The translations under genes and the position numbers were made by a program. This document shows, piece by piece, positions 1 through 12,606 of a stretch of 64,000 nt of DNA. The stretch spans positions 50,315 through 114,314 of the forward strand of contig VGLJ01000006.1 in the NCBI GenBank assembly GCA_016866775.1, given 5' to 3'. This stretch comes from Candidatus Rokuibacteriota bacterium. GTDB taxonomy: Bacteria; Methylomirabilota; Methylomirabilia; Rokubacteriales; CSP1-6. The notes under the pieces are model-generated. The model searched no databases. It saw nothing but the letters and a program-made list of their open reading frames with translations, and had not been told where the DNA came from. How positions within the stretch are numbered: position 1 is the stretch's first letter; each line of letters starts with the position of its first letter.

Positions 1-134
1 GCAGCGCCGCCTCGATCCCGCTGAGCCCGTCCGCCGCCTCGACCAGCGTATAGCCGCGGGCGTCAGCACCGAACGCACGAGCATCCGGTTACCCGGGTTG
101 TCTTCGATGGAGAGGATCTTCGGCCGCGGCGCCG

Positions 135-138
<4 letters not shown>
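1..138 (-). CDS. Response regulator receiver (REC) domain, N-terminal fragment running off the window edge. Its ATG overlaps the upstream kinase TGA (ATGA). There is an apparent 1-nt indel near pos 60-70.
   Basis: Minus-strand translation from ATG at 138-136 gives MTAPRPKILSIEDNPGNRMLVRSVL. It then shifts frame into DARGYTLVEAADGLSGIEAAL, a classic REC N-terminus. The ORF is under 60 aa so it is absent from the ORF track. Confidence 0.5.
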
Positions 139-2275
<2,137 letters not shown>

Positions 2276-2279
<4 letters not shown>

Positions 2280-2859
2280 GCGACCTCCGGCACCGTGTGG
2301 TAGATGGGGGCCCAGTCGTCGTCGGCTTTGTTCGCCGCGATCTCGTGCGCGAGGATCCCGAACACCAGCAGGTCGCGGTACTCACCATCGTGGAAGACGG
2401 CCTCGCGGAGGACGCCTTCGAGCTTCCAGCCGCGCCGCTTCATGGTGTTGACGTTCAGCTTGTTCCACGGATAGACCTTCGCTTCGAGCCGCCGCAGCTT
2501 CAGCACGTCGATCGCCCAGTACGCGATGAGCTTCGAGCCCTCGATGCCGTAGCCGAGCCGGAGCGCGCGGGGTCCGCGATGATCGTCTCGAGGAACGCGT
2601 AGCCCTCGCGCCGGTGGATGTTGAACAGGCGCACGAGCCCGAGGGGCCGATCGTTGTCGCGCGCGCAGATGACCATGTTGACCTGCGTGCGGTCGGCCGC
2701 GAGCGCGTCGAGGAACGACGGCGAGCGGCGGTAGACCTCGACGAACTGCGTGAACAGCTCACTGCCCACCATCTCGTCGAGCAGCGGATCCGCCGCCCAC
2801 GCCGAGACGTGTGGCAGGTCGCTGACGCGGAGGGCCCGCGCGTACACGCGCTTGCCCAC
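2276..2859 (-). CDS. GNAT family N-acetyltransferase (RimJ/RimL-like), read across an apparent frameshift near 2575-2590
   Basis: ORFs 2500..2859 and 2276..2506 together give RVYARALRVSDLPHVSAWAADP...NIHRREGYAFLETIIADP, a frame switch, then RALRLGYGIEGSKLIAYWAIDVLKLRRLEAKVYPWN...FHDGEYRDLLVFGILAHE. GTG start. The stop overlaps the kinase ATG. Confidence 0.7.
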
Positions 2860-2958
2860 CGCGAAGATGTCGTCACCGACCGGGTGCGGTCACCGTGCTG
2901 CTTGGAACCGTTCGAGCACTGTACTCACGCAAGCCTCCTGGGGCCCAGGCTCAATGCG

Positions 2959-3642
2959 TTATTGGACGAACCAGAGGTCGAAGCGAACGGCGGGGAAGCC
3001 GATCGCGTACTCGTTCGCATTCACCGCAACAGGGTTCAGCAGATCGAGCGTGCCGTTCGCGAGGCCGAGGTAACAGGCCGTGGTGGCCGAGCACCCGAAC
3101 GGCAGCCGGAAGACGCCGACGAAGCGCGGCGGATTCTCCTCGTCCTCACCCGGCGTGCGCACGCGGCCGGTGATCGTCCCATAGGGGATCTGATGGAAGA
3201 TCGCGGGCACGAAGTCCATCCGTCCGCTCGCCCGGCGCCTGCCGATCACGGCCTCGGGTGAATCGACGGCCCCCCCGGGCTCCTGGACGACGATCGTCAG
3301 CTTCGCGTCGAACGTCCCCAGGCCGGTCACGAGGCTGATGTCGTCCTCGCCCAGCGCGTTGAGCGTGCACGGTTTCGCGCTTCCGACCGCGGCGGTGACT
3401 TCGGCCGCGGGACAGAACGCGTTGCCGGGGTTCGCGAAGCCGATGAGCGCGGACTGCGCGACCCGGCGCGGCCGGCCCTTGCCGATCACGCGCATGTTCT
3501 CGGGGGTCTCGTAGAACGTGGCGTCCGGCGGCCCGTTCGGAAACGTCGGCAGCGGCGGAATGGTCTGGGCGAACACGGGAGCGGCGCTGGCGACAATGCC
3601 AAGTAGCGCCGCCGTCAATGCGAGCGTGCGAATCGGCGTCAT
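2959..3642 (-). CDS. Small secreted protein of unknown function (signal peptide, 6 Cys), last gene of the methyltransferase operon
   Basis: MTPIRTLALTAALLGIVASAAPVFAQ signal peptide. 227 aa. It is the C-terminal segment of composite ORF 2959..4995. Its ATG overlaps the MT2 TGA (tcATGAcg). Confidence 0.6.
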   Translation of the reverse strand: MTPIRTLALTAALLGIVASAAPVFAQTIPPLPTFPNGPPDATFYETPENMRVIGKGRPRRVAQSALIGFANPGNAFCPAAEVTAAVGSAKPCTLNALGEDDISLVTGLGTFDAKLTIVVQEPGGAVDSPEAVIGRRRASGRMDFVPAIFHQIPYGTITGRVRTPGEDEENPPRFVGVFRLPFGCSATTACYLGLANGTLDLLNPVAVNANEYAIGFPAVRFDLWFVQ

Positions 3643-4424
3643 GAACCGTTCCTCCTGGAGTGGTTCGGAGAGCTGGCTTGCCGCGCCCACACGAGCCGGC
3701 TCACGCCGGCCAGGAAGACGGGGCGGGACTCGAGGATCTCGAAGCCGGCGGCGCCGACCTCGTGATGCAGCGTGGACACGTCGGGGTACCGCGACTCGTA
3801 GTGGCGGCACGCTTCGAAGACGGCCGTGGGAACGAGCCAGCGGAGCGCCGCGGTCGCCGCGCCGAGGCCTTCTTCGGCGCGTAGCGTCGCGAACGTGGCG
3901 CAGAGCGCTGCGGGGCGCGTGTAGCTGAGAATCACCGCGTGACCGCCCGGTCGCAGCAGGCGGCGGCACTCGGCGAGGAGCGCGACTGGCCGCGGGTGCC
4001 AGTTGAGCGTGTGCAGGCTGACGCACGCGTCGAAGTTGCCGTCGGGGAAGCTCGTGCCTTCCGCGACATCCGCGTGCGCGAACTGCGCGCCGTCGGTCGG
4101 CTCGCGGCGCGCGCGATCGACGAGATGCGAGATCACGTCGAGGCCGGTCACGAGATGCCCCGCCTGCGCAAGGCGACGCACGACGGTGCCGGTGCCGCAC
4201 GCGACGTCGAGCACGCGCATCGGCCGGCCCTGGCCGGCGCGCGCGAGGAGGTCGACGATGTCGTCGAGCAGCGCCTCGTAGGGCGCGAAGCCGCGCACGA
4301 CCGCGTCGTACGTCGCGCCGCAGGCGAGCGCGATCGCGCGCTCGAGCCCCCGCTCGATCGGGCCGCGCGCGGTGCTCCCGTTCCAGGCCAAGACCGCGCT
4401 CGTGCCGACGTCGCCGCGGCTCAT
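3639..4424 (-). CDS. Class I SAM-dependent methyltransferase (MT2)
   Basis: The true start is MSRGDVG inside ORF 3639..4670. Motif I is VLDVACGTGTVVRRL. The start is an ATGA overlap with the upstream paralogue's stop. Confidence 0.8.
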   Translation of the reverse strand: MSRGDVGTSAVLAWNGSTARGPIERGLERAIALACGATYDAVVRGFAPYEALLDDIVDLLARAGQGRPMRVLDVACGTGTVVRRLAQAGHLVTGLDVISHLVDRARREPTDGAQFAHADVAEGTSFPDGNFDACVSLHTLNWHPRPVALLAECRRLLRPGGHAVILSYTRPAALCATFATLRAEEGLGAATAALRWLVPTAVFEACRHYESRYPDVSTLHHEVGAAGFEILESRPVFLAGVSRLVWARQASSPNHSRRNGS

Positions 4425-4995
4425 TTGCGGGCCCACACGAGCGCGCTGCCGCCGTCGAGGAACGTGCGGCGGATGTCGAGGACCGTGAATCCCGCCTCGG
4501 CGAAGCGCGCGGCGAGCTGCGCTTCGTCCCAGTAGTGCGGACCCACGGGGCGGCGCGCGACCTCGAAGAGACGATTCGGGACGAGCCAGCGCAGCGTGCC
4601 GAGCGCGTAGAGCCATCCGCGCCGGTGGACGGCGGTCCGGAAGGTCCGGCGGAGCTCGAACCGAACGCATCCAGGTCGAGGCGGGAGAAGGAGACGTTCG
4701 TCAGGCCGCGCGAGCGGCGCGTCTCGCGCGCGACGTCGAGCAGCGGGGTATAGCGGTCGATCCCGATCGCCGAGAAGCCCGCGGCGCCGAGCATGGCGGT
4801 GAACGTGCCCGGCCCGCAGCCGATATCGAGGATTCGCATGGACCGCCGGGGCACGTTGCGGGGGACGGCGAGCTCGACCAGATCGAGCACCTCGTGCTCC
4901 AGCGCCCGGTAGGGCTTGAAGCGCTCGATGATGAGGTCGTGGACGGGGCCGTACGCGACGGCAAGGCAGCGGTCGAGGGCCGAGCGAACCACCAT
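4421..4995 (-). pseudogene. Class I SAM-dependent methyltransferase paralogue (MT1). It has a frameshift near 4665 (ggtt homopolymer) and appears to lack the post-II/III segment relative to MT2.
   Basis: The N-terminus is MVVRSAL...MRILDIGCGPGTFTAML...SFSRLDLDAFG. It continues in another frame as FELRRTFRTAVHRRGWLYALGTLRWLVPNRLFEV...LVWARK, which aligns to the MT2 C-terminus. Confidence 0.55.
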
Positions 4996-5010
4996 GGGCG
5001 GTCCTCGTCC

Positions 5011-5025
5011 GCAAGGAGAGTGCCA
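5011..5025 (-). promoter_or_regulatory. Near-consensus sigma54 (-24/-12) promoter TGGCAC-N5-TTGC upstream of the MT1-MT2-secreted protein operon
   Basis: Minus strand reads aaaagTGGCACtctccTTGCggacGAGGAccgcccATG. GG/GC spacing is canonical. A GAGGA RBS lies 7 nt before the ATG at 4995. Confidence 0.45.
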
Positions 5026-5188
5026 CTTTTGAGAACGGCAAGATTTTCCCGGGGTTGCGGCAAGAAGTGCCTGGTTGGCGCCGCAGGGGTGGCCAGAAAT
5101 CGTCCACCGGCTCCCGGGAGCGGCTGAATACTTACCGGAGCCGCCGCCATAGAGAACCTCCCTGGCCGCTGCTAGAATCTCAAGGCCG

Positions 5189-5566
5189 ATGCCGATTTAC
5201 GAGTACGAATGCGGCGACTGCCGACGAAGGGTGAGTCTGCTCGTGATGCGCCCGTCCGTAGCACCCGCGCCCACCTGTCCCCGATGTGGCAGCACCTCGT
5301 TGAGCCGCCTGATGTCGCGCTTCGCCACGGTGAAGTCGGAGGAGGCGCGTCTCGACGCGCTCGCCGACTCGTCGAGCGTCGGCGATCTCGACGAGAACGA
5401 TCCGGGGAGCGTCGCGCGTTTCATGAAGAAGATGGGCCGCGAGTTCGGCGACGACCTGGGCGGAGATTTCGACGCCGCCGTCGACGAAGCGATGGCCGAG
5501 GCGGACGGCGACGAGAGCGAGGGCGCCGCGCCCGCGGCCGACGCCAGCGATCCCGGCGACCTGTGA
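5189..5566 (+). CDS. FmdB family zinc-ribbon protein
   Basis: MPIYEYECGDCRRRVSLLV...CPRCGS with an acidic C-terminal tail. 125 aa. Confidence 0.8.
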   Translation: MPIYEYECGDCRRRVSLLVMRPSVAPAPTCPRCGSTSLSRLMSRFATVKSEEARLDALADSSSVGDLDENDPGSVARFMKKMGREFGDDLGGDFDAAVDEAMAEADGDESEGAAPAADASDPGDL

Positions 5567-6561
5567 AGGTCGTCGTCCATCACCGCCTCGAGGCCGTGGG
5601 CCGCGCGGCCTGGGAAGACCTGCGCTCCAGCGCTCGGCTGCGCGCACCGTTCCTGTCGTGGGCGTGGCAGACGGAATGGTTGCACGCGTTCGCGAGCGAC
5701 CGTCGTCTCGACATCCGCACCGTGCAGGATGGCGACGGCGCGCTGATCGGCGTGCTGCCGCTCTACGAGGCCGGGCCGGGCCTCCATCGGATCGTCGGCG
5801 GCGCCGACGTCTCCGACTACCTCGACGTGCTCGCGGTGGCGGGGCGCGAGGAAGACGTGTGGACGGCCCTGGTGCAGGCGCGATCCGCGGAGGGCGAGAC
5901 GTGGCAGCTCCACGCGGTGCCCGCGGCCTCGCCGACCGTCAGCGCGCTCCCCGCCATCGCGGCCGCGTGCGGGCTGGAGGCCGCGGCGACGCTGGAAGAG
6001 CGCTGTCCCGTCCTCGATCTGCCCGCGACCTGGGACGACTACCTCGCCTCGCTACCCGCCAAGCACCGTCACGAGCTCCAGCGCAAGACCCGCCGCCTCC
6101 GCCGCGAAGCGGGCGACGCCCGCGTGTCGGTGGTGCGGCGTCGTGACGAGATCGAGACGCGCTTCGGCGACTTCTTCGACCTCCACCGGCGCTCGCGGGT
6201 CGGCAAGGAGCGCTTCATGGACGCGCGCATGGAGAAGTTCTTCCGCCGCGCCGTCGGTGAGCTGGCGCTCGTGGGCGGTGCCGCGCTGTGGTTCCTCGAT
6301 CTGCCGAGCGGGCCCGCGGCGGGATTCGTGGTGCTGGAGTGGGACGGCTCGGTCGGCCTCTACAACTCGGGGTTCCATCCCGATCGCGCGGCGCTCGCGC
6401 CCGGCCTCGTGCTGCTCCTGCACGTGATCGAGGATGCGATTGTTCGGGGCAAGCAGCAGTTCGACTTCCTGCGGGGCGAGGAGCGCTACAAGTACGAGTT
6501 CGGTCCCTCGCCGGAGGAAGTCTTCGGCGTGCGGATCGCGCCGCGGGACGGTCCTCCGTGA
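5565..6561 (+). CDS. FemAB-like / BioF2-like acyltransferase (GNAT fold, PF13480-type). It resembles the PEP-CTERM-associated FemAB-related family.
   Basis: GTG start overlaps the FmdB TGA (GTGA). It includes ...RAPFLSWAWQTEWLHAF... over about 332 aa. The N-terminal 118 codons of ORF 5209..6561 are alternative-frame artefact. Confidence 0.7.
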
Positions 6562-7817
6562 GCCTGCGCGTCGCGATGCTGAGCGTCCACACGTGCCCGC
6601 TGGCGGCGCTCGGCGGCAAGGAGACGGGCGGGATGAACGTCTACGTCCGCGAGCTCTCACGCGAGCTCGGGCGGATGGGTCTCGCCGTCGACGTCTTCAC
6701 GCGCTCGCAGGATCCGACGATCCCGCGCGTGGTCCCGCTCGGTGACGGCGCTCGGGTCGTGCATCTGCCCGCGGGGCCGCAGATGCCGATGGCCCGTGAG
6801 CGGATCCACGACCATCTCGACGAGTTCGTGGACGGCGTCGACGCCTGGCGCATCGCGGGCGGCATCGAGTACGACCTCGTCCACGCGCACTACTGGCTCT
6901 CCGGGGTCGTCGGGCTCGCGCTGCGCGAGCGATGGGGCGTTCCCGTCCTGCAGATGTTCCACACGCTCGGCCGCTTCAAGAACGGCGCCGCCCGCCGGAT
7001 CGCCGACCTCGAGCCGTCGGTGCGCCTCGAGGAGGAGCAGCGGATCGTCCGCAACGTCGACGGCATCGTCGCGGCGAGCGTCGTCGAGCGGCGCGCGCTC
7101 CTCGCGGAGTACGGCGCGGACGCGGCGCACACCACCGTCATTCCGTGCGGCGTCGACACCGAGCTTTTCCGCCCCGGCGACCGTGCGCTCGCGCGCGCGC
7201 GCGTGGGCGCGGAGGAGGCGCCGCTCGTGCTCTACGTCGGGCGCATCGCGCCGATCAAGGGGCTCGAGACGCTGCTCGATACGGTGGCGCAGCTCCGCGC
7301 GCGAGGCTCGTCGCTGCGGCTCCTCATCGTCGGCGGCGAAGCCGACGAGCCGGCGGACGGGCACGAGGCGGAGATCCGCCAGCGCGTCGACCGCCTCGGG
7401 CTGCGCGAGACCGTCCGGTTCGTCGGCGCGCAGCCGCAAGAGGCTCTGCGTGACTACTACGTCGCGGCCGACGTCACCGTGCTGCCGTCCTACTACGAGT
7501 CGTTCGGGATGGTGGCGCTGGAGGCGATGGCCTGCGGCAGCCCCGTGATCGGCTCGCGCGTCGGCGGCCTCGCCACGACCGTGCGCGACGGCGTGACCGG
7601 CTTTCTCGTGCCCGACGGCGACGCGGCCGCGCTCGCCGACCGCCTCGAGGCCGTCGCCGGCGACGCCGATCTACGATTCCGCCTCGGGCGTGAGGGGGTC
7701 CAGTGGGCGGCGCGCCATCGCTGGCCCTGCGTCGGCGAAGCGATCTGCCGCGAGTACGCCCGGCTCGAAGCCCGGGCCACGCCCCACCTCGCCGCCGCGC
7801 GCTGTCACGAGGCGTAA
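6558..7817 (+). CDS. GT4 family glycosyltransferase, MshA/BshA-like (retaining, GT-B)
   Basis: [34 protein letters not shown] matches the MshA N-terminal signature. The C-terminal GT1 motifs are [21 protein letters not shown] overlaps the upstream TGA. Confidence 0.85.
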   Translation: MSLRVAMLSVHTCPLAALGGKETGGMNVYVRELSRELGRMGLAVDVFTRSQDPTIPRVVPLGDGARVVHLPAGPQMPMARERIHDHLDEFVDGVDAWRIAGGIEYDLVHAHYWLSGVVGLALRERWGVPVLQMFHTLGRFKNGAARRIADLEPSVRLEEEQRIVRNVDGIVAASVVERRALLAEYGADAAHTTVIPCGVDTELFRPGDRALARARVGAEEAPLVLYVGRIAPIKGLETLLDTVAQLRARGSSLRLLIVGGEADEPADGHEAEIRQRVDRLGLRETVRFVGAQPQEALRDYYVAADVTVLPSYYESFGMVALEAMACGSPVIGSRVGGLATTVRDGVTGFLVPDGDAAALADRLEAVAGDADLRFRLGREGVQWAARHRWPCVGEAICREYARLEARATPHLAAARCHEA

Positions 7818-7928
7818 GCGCCGGCGAAGCCGGCGCTCGAAGACGGCGCGTCCCGGCTAAGTCCGCGTCGCGGCGACCATTGGCCCTGGTTAGACCACCG
7901 ACCCCGGCGGTGATACACTCCCGCAACC

Positions 7929-8935
7929 ATGGCCGACGCGCTCCTCGACGTCCGTCATCTCAGCACGCGGTTCACGACGCGCGAAGGCGTCGTGCGCGCG
8001 GTGGACGACGTCTCGTGGGACGTGAAGGAAGGCGAGACGGTCGCGCTCGTCGGCGAGTCCGGCTGCGGCAAGAGCGTCAGCGCGCTGTCGATCATGCGGC
8101 TCGTCGCGCAGCCCGCGGGACAGATCGTCGGCGGGCAGGCGGTCTTCAAGGGCCGCGATCTCCTCACGCTGGACGAAGAGGCGATGCGGCGCGTGCGCGG
8201 CCGCGAGATCGCGATGATCTTCCAGGAGCCGATGACCTCGCTGAACCCCGTGCTCTCGATCGGCCGCCAGCTCACGGAGGGCCTCGAGATTCACCTCGGC
8301 AAGACGCCGCAGCAGGCCCGCGGGCGCGCGGCCGAGCTCTTGGGGATGGTCGGGATTCCCGATCCCGAGCGCCGCCTGCCGCAGTACCCGCACCAGTTCA
8401 GCGGTGGCATGCGGCAGCGCATGATGATCGCGATGGCGCTCTCCTGCGAGCCCTCGCTCATCCTCGCCGACGAGCCGACCACGGCGCTCGACGTGACGAT
8501 CCAGGCGCAGATCCTCGAGCTGATGAAGGACCTCTCGCGGCGTCTCGGCGTCGCGATGCTGATGATCACGCACAACCTCGGCGTCGTCGCGCGCTACGCC
8601 GACCGCGTCAACGTGATGTACGCGGGGCGCATCATCGAGCAAGGGACCGCGCGCGAGCTCTACGGCAACCCGCGCCATCCGTACACGCTCGGGCTCCTCC
8701 GCTCGGTCCCGCGCCTGGACGAGCCGCGGCGCAGCCGGCTCGCGCCGATCGACGGTCAGCCGCCGGATCTCACGCGCCTGCCCGCCGGCTGCGCGTTCCT
8801 TCCGCGCTGCGCGTTCCGCGTGGACCGCTGCAGCGTGGAGCGTCCGCCCCTGGTGCCGGTCGCGCACACCGGCCCCGAGCCCCACGTGAGCGCGTGCTGG
8901 GAAGCCGAGCGAGTGATCGCGCGCCAGGAGACGCG

Positions 8936-8939
<4 letters not shown>
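7929..8939 (+). CDS. Oligopeptide/dipeptide ABC transporter ATP-binding protein (DppD/OppD type)
   Basis: Walker A GESGCGKS. Signature is FSGGMRQR. C-terminal oligopeptide domain NPRHPYT...CAFLPRC. Confidence 0.9.
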
Positions 8940-9891
<952 letters not shown>

Positions 9892-9895
<4 letters not shown>

Positions 9896-10845
9896 CGAAA
9901 TACATCATCAAACGGCTGCTCCTGATGATCCCCACGCTGCTGGGCGTGGCGGTGCTCATCTTCTTCCTGATGCGGGTGGTGCCCGGCGACATCGTCGAGC
10001 TCAGGTTCTCGGGCGAGACGTCGGGCGTGTCCAAGGAGACGCTCGCGATCGAGCGCGCACGGCTCGGGCTCGACAAGCCGCTCTGGCACCAGTTCGTCAC
10101 GTACATGACCGGGCTCGCCCGCTTCGACCTCGGGACCTCGATGTGGACCGGCGCGCCCATCCACGAGGAGATCAAGCTGCGGTTCGCGCTCACCCTGCAG
10201 GTGGCGATCATGTCGACGATCATCGCGGTGCTCCTCGCGATCCCGCTCGGGGTGCTCGCCGCGCTCAAGCAGGACACGTGGGTGGACTACTCCGTCCGGA
10301 TCTTCTCGATCGCGGGGCTCGCGACCCCGTCGTTCTGGCTCGGCATCCTCTTCATCCTGGTGCTGCTCGTCTTCTTCAAGTGGCTGCCGCCGATGGTCTA
10401 CACGCCGTTCTGGGTCAACCCGTGGCAGAACATGCTGCAGCTCATCTGGCCGGCGCTCGCGGTCGGCTACCGCTACTCGGCGGTGGCGACCCGGATGACG
10501 CGCTCGGCGATGCTCGAGGTGCTGCGCGAGGACTACATCCGCACGGCGCGCGCGAAAGGCCTCTGGCAGAAGCTCATCCTCACGCGCCACGCGCTCAAGA
10601 ACGCGATGCTGCCGGTCCTCACGGTGATCGCGCTCGAGTTCGCGTTCCTGATGGGCGGGCTCGTGGTCACCGAGCAGGTCTTCAACCTGAACGGCCTCGG
10701 GCTCCTCTTCGTCGAGTCCGTCGCGCACCGCGACTACACGCTCACGCAGGCGCTCGTGCTCCTCGTGGCGGCGTCGTTCATCGTCGTCAACTTCCTGGTC
10801 GACCTCGCGTACGCGTGGATCGATCCACGGATCAGGTTCCGCTGA
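9892..10845 (+). CDS. ABC transporter permease (DppB/OppB type)
   Basis: [19 protein letters not shown]. It has the BPD_transp_1 EAA-like region. ATGA overlap with the upstream stop. Confidence 0.9.
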
Positions 10846-11738
10846 TGGCCACCGTCGAGACCTTCGCCGACGTTCCGGAAGCGAGCGCGGCCGCCCGCTG
10901 GCGGACGTTCGTCGTGGACTTCTGCCGGCAGCGGCCGCTGGGCGCGATCGGCGCCGCCGTCGTGCTGCTCAACCTCGTCGTCGCCGCGCTCGCGAACGTC
11001 ATCTCGCCCTACGACCCGCTCGCGACCGACTACGGCGCGATGCTCGCGGCGCCGAGCCGCGCCCACTGGCTCGGGACCGACGCGTTCGGCCGCGACGTGC
11101 TGACCCGCATCCTCTACGGCTCGCGCACGGCGATGCTCGTCGGGTTCTCGTGCGCGTTCATCGGCGCCACGCTCGGCGCCGTCATCGGCGTCACCAGCGC
11201 GTACTTCGGGGGCAAGGTCGACCTGCTGATCCAGCGCGTGATGGACATCTTCCTCTCGTTCCCGCTCATCATCCTCGCCCTCGCGGTGGTGGCGATGCTC
11301 GGGACGGGGCTGGAGAACGTCATCGCCGCGATCACGGTGCCGATGATCCCGCGCGCCGCGCTCGTCGCCCGGTCGAGCGCGCTCGCGATCCGCGAGATGC
11401 CGTACGTCGACGCCGCGCGCGCGGCCGGCTTCCGGCACGGGCGCATCATCCTCCGGCACATGTCGCCGAACGTGATGGCGCCGTATCTGATCATGCTCAC
11501 GGCGTTCCTCGGCCAGGCGATCCTGCTCGAGGCGTCGCTGTCGTTCCTCGGTCTCGGCGTGTCGGAGCCGACGCCGGCGTGGGGGCTCATGCTGCGCGGC
11601 GCCGCCGTGCAGTTCGCGGAGTCGGCGCCCTGGATGGCGATCTTCCCCGGGCTGGCGATCAGCCTCGCGGTGTTCGCCTTCAACCTGTTCGGCGACTCGC
11701 TGCGGGACGCGCTGGACCCGCGATTGCGGACCCAGTGA
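10846..11738 (+). CDS. ABC transporter permease (DppC/OppC type)
   Basis: [10 protein letters not shown]...LGTDAFGRDVLTRILYGSR. The TGATG junction joins it to the previous gene. Confidence 0.9.
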
Positions 11739-11782
11739 TTGACACGCTTCGTCAGAACGCGGTAGAAATCCGTGGTTAGACC
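11739..11782 (+). promoter_or_regulatory. Possible sigma70-like promoter (TTGACA, 18-nt spacer, TAGAAA) plus the 10-mer tggttagacc upstream of the ferredoxin gene
   Basis: ttgacacgcttcgtcagaacgcggtagaaatccgtggttagacc. The same 10-mer also occurs at 7887-7896 upstream of the ABC operon. Confidence 0.3.
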
Positions 11783-11822
11783 GGACGGTTAGCTCAAGGT
11801 TTTTTCGAGGCGGGAGGCCCTC

Positions 11823-12089
<267 letters not shown>

Positions 12090-12112
12090 GGGCGACGCCT
12101 CTCCGTCCGGAC

Positions 12113-12141
12113 CGAGGGCCCCGCATGGGGCCCTCTTTTTT
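12113..12141 (+). terminator. Rho-independent terminator (9-bp GC stem gagggcccc/ggggccctc, loop gcat, T7 tract)
   Basis: accGAGGGCCCCgcatGGGGCCCTCttttttt lies immediately after the ferredoxin stop. Confidence 0.85.
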
Positions 12142-12234
12142 TGTGCCCGGCGCTCGCGGCACAACGCCACGGTGTGAAGGCAGCGCATGCGCGTCGATCA
12201 CGCGCGAGCCGCGACATTCTGCGAATCTCGCGCG

Positions 12235-12249
12235 TGGCACACGCGTTGC
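12235..12249 (+). promoter_or_regulatory. Near-consensus sigma54 promoter TGGCAC-ACGCG-TTGC
   Basis: cgcgTGGCACacgcgTTGCCacacccgcgcgccATG. It is embedded in a short inverted repeat (gtggca...tgccac) and sits about 15 nt upstream of the Fis-like ORF start. Confidence 0.45.
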
Positions 12250-12263
12250 CACACCCGCGCGCC

Positions 12264-12491
12264 ATGGCGATCTTTCCCGAACCGAACGCCGGGTTCGACG
12301 TGCCCTTCGGCTACCACTGTGCCGTGTCCGCGTTCAAGCGCCGTCTCATCGAATCCGCGCTGCGCGACGCGGCGGGCAATCGCACGCACGCCGCGCGCGT
12401 GCTCGGGCTGCAGCGGACGTACCTGCTGCGCTTGATCCGCGAGCTGCGCGTGGCCGCGCCGCCGCCACCGGAGCGCCGCCGCCGCGAGTGA
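12264..12491 (+). CDS. Small Fis-family HTH protein, or a C-terminal DNA-binding remnant of a sigma54 activator (uncertain)
   Basis: MAIFPEPNAGFDVPFGYHCAVSAFKRRLIESALRDAAGNRTHAARVLGLQRTYLLRLIRELRV is a Fis/NtrC-type HTH_8. 75 aa from the first ATG of ORF 12141..12491. Confidence 0.35.
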   Translation: MAIFPEPNAGFDVPFGYHCAVSAFKRRLIESALRDAAGNRTHAARVLGLQRTYLLRLIRELRVAAPPPPERRRRE

Positions 12492-12606
12492 GCGGCGGTT
12501 CGAGCGCCGACTTTGCCGGCGCACTCCGAGGGGGAGGCAGGGAGGCGCGTGCCGCAAGGCGCGCGACGACCGTCGGAAGGGGGACGGAGCCCCCCTCCGA
12601 GTAGAA

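Noticed and set aside
2959-4995. Single 678-aa protein call
   Set aside because: It is a composite of three genes (secreted protein, MT2, MT1) in different frames joined by the absence of stops. The internal ATGA junctions and motif content resolve them.
12264-12491. Calling the Fis-type HTH ORF a confident regulator gene
   Set aside because: It is only 75 aa, its start lies almost on the predicted sigma54 transcription start, and it may be a relic of a larger activator. It is kept as a low-confidence feature.
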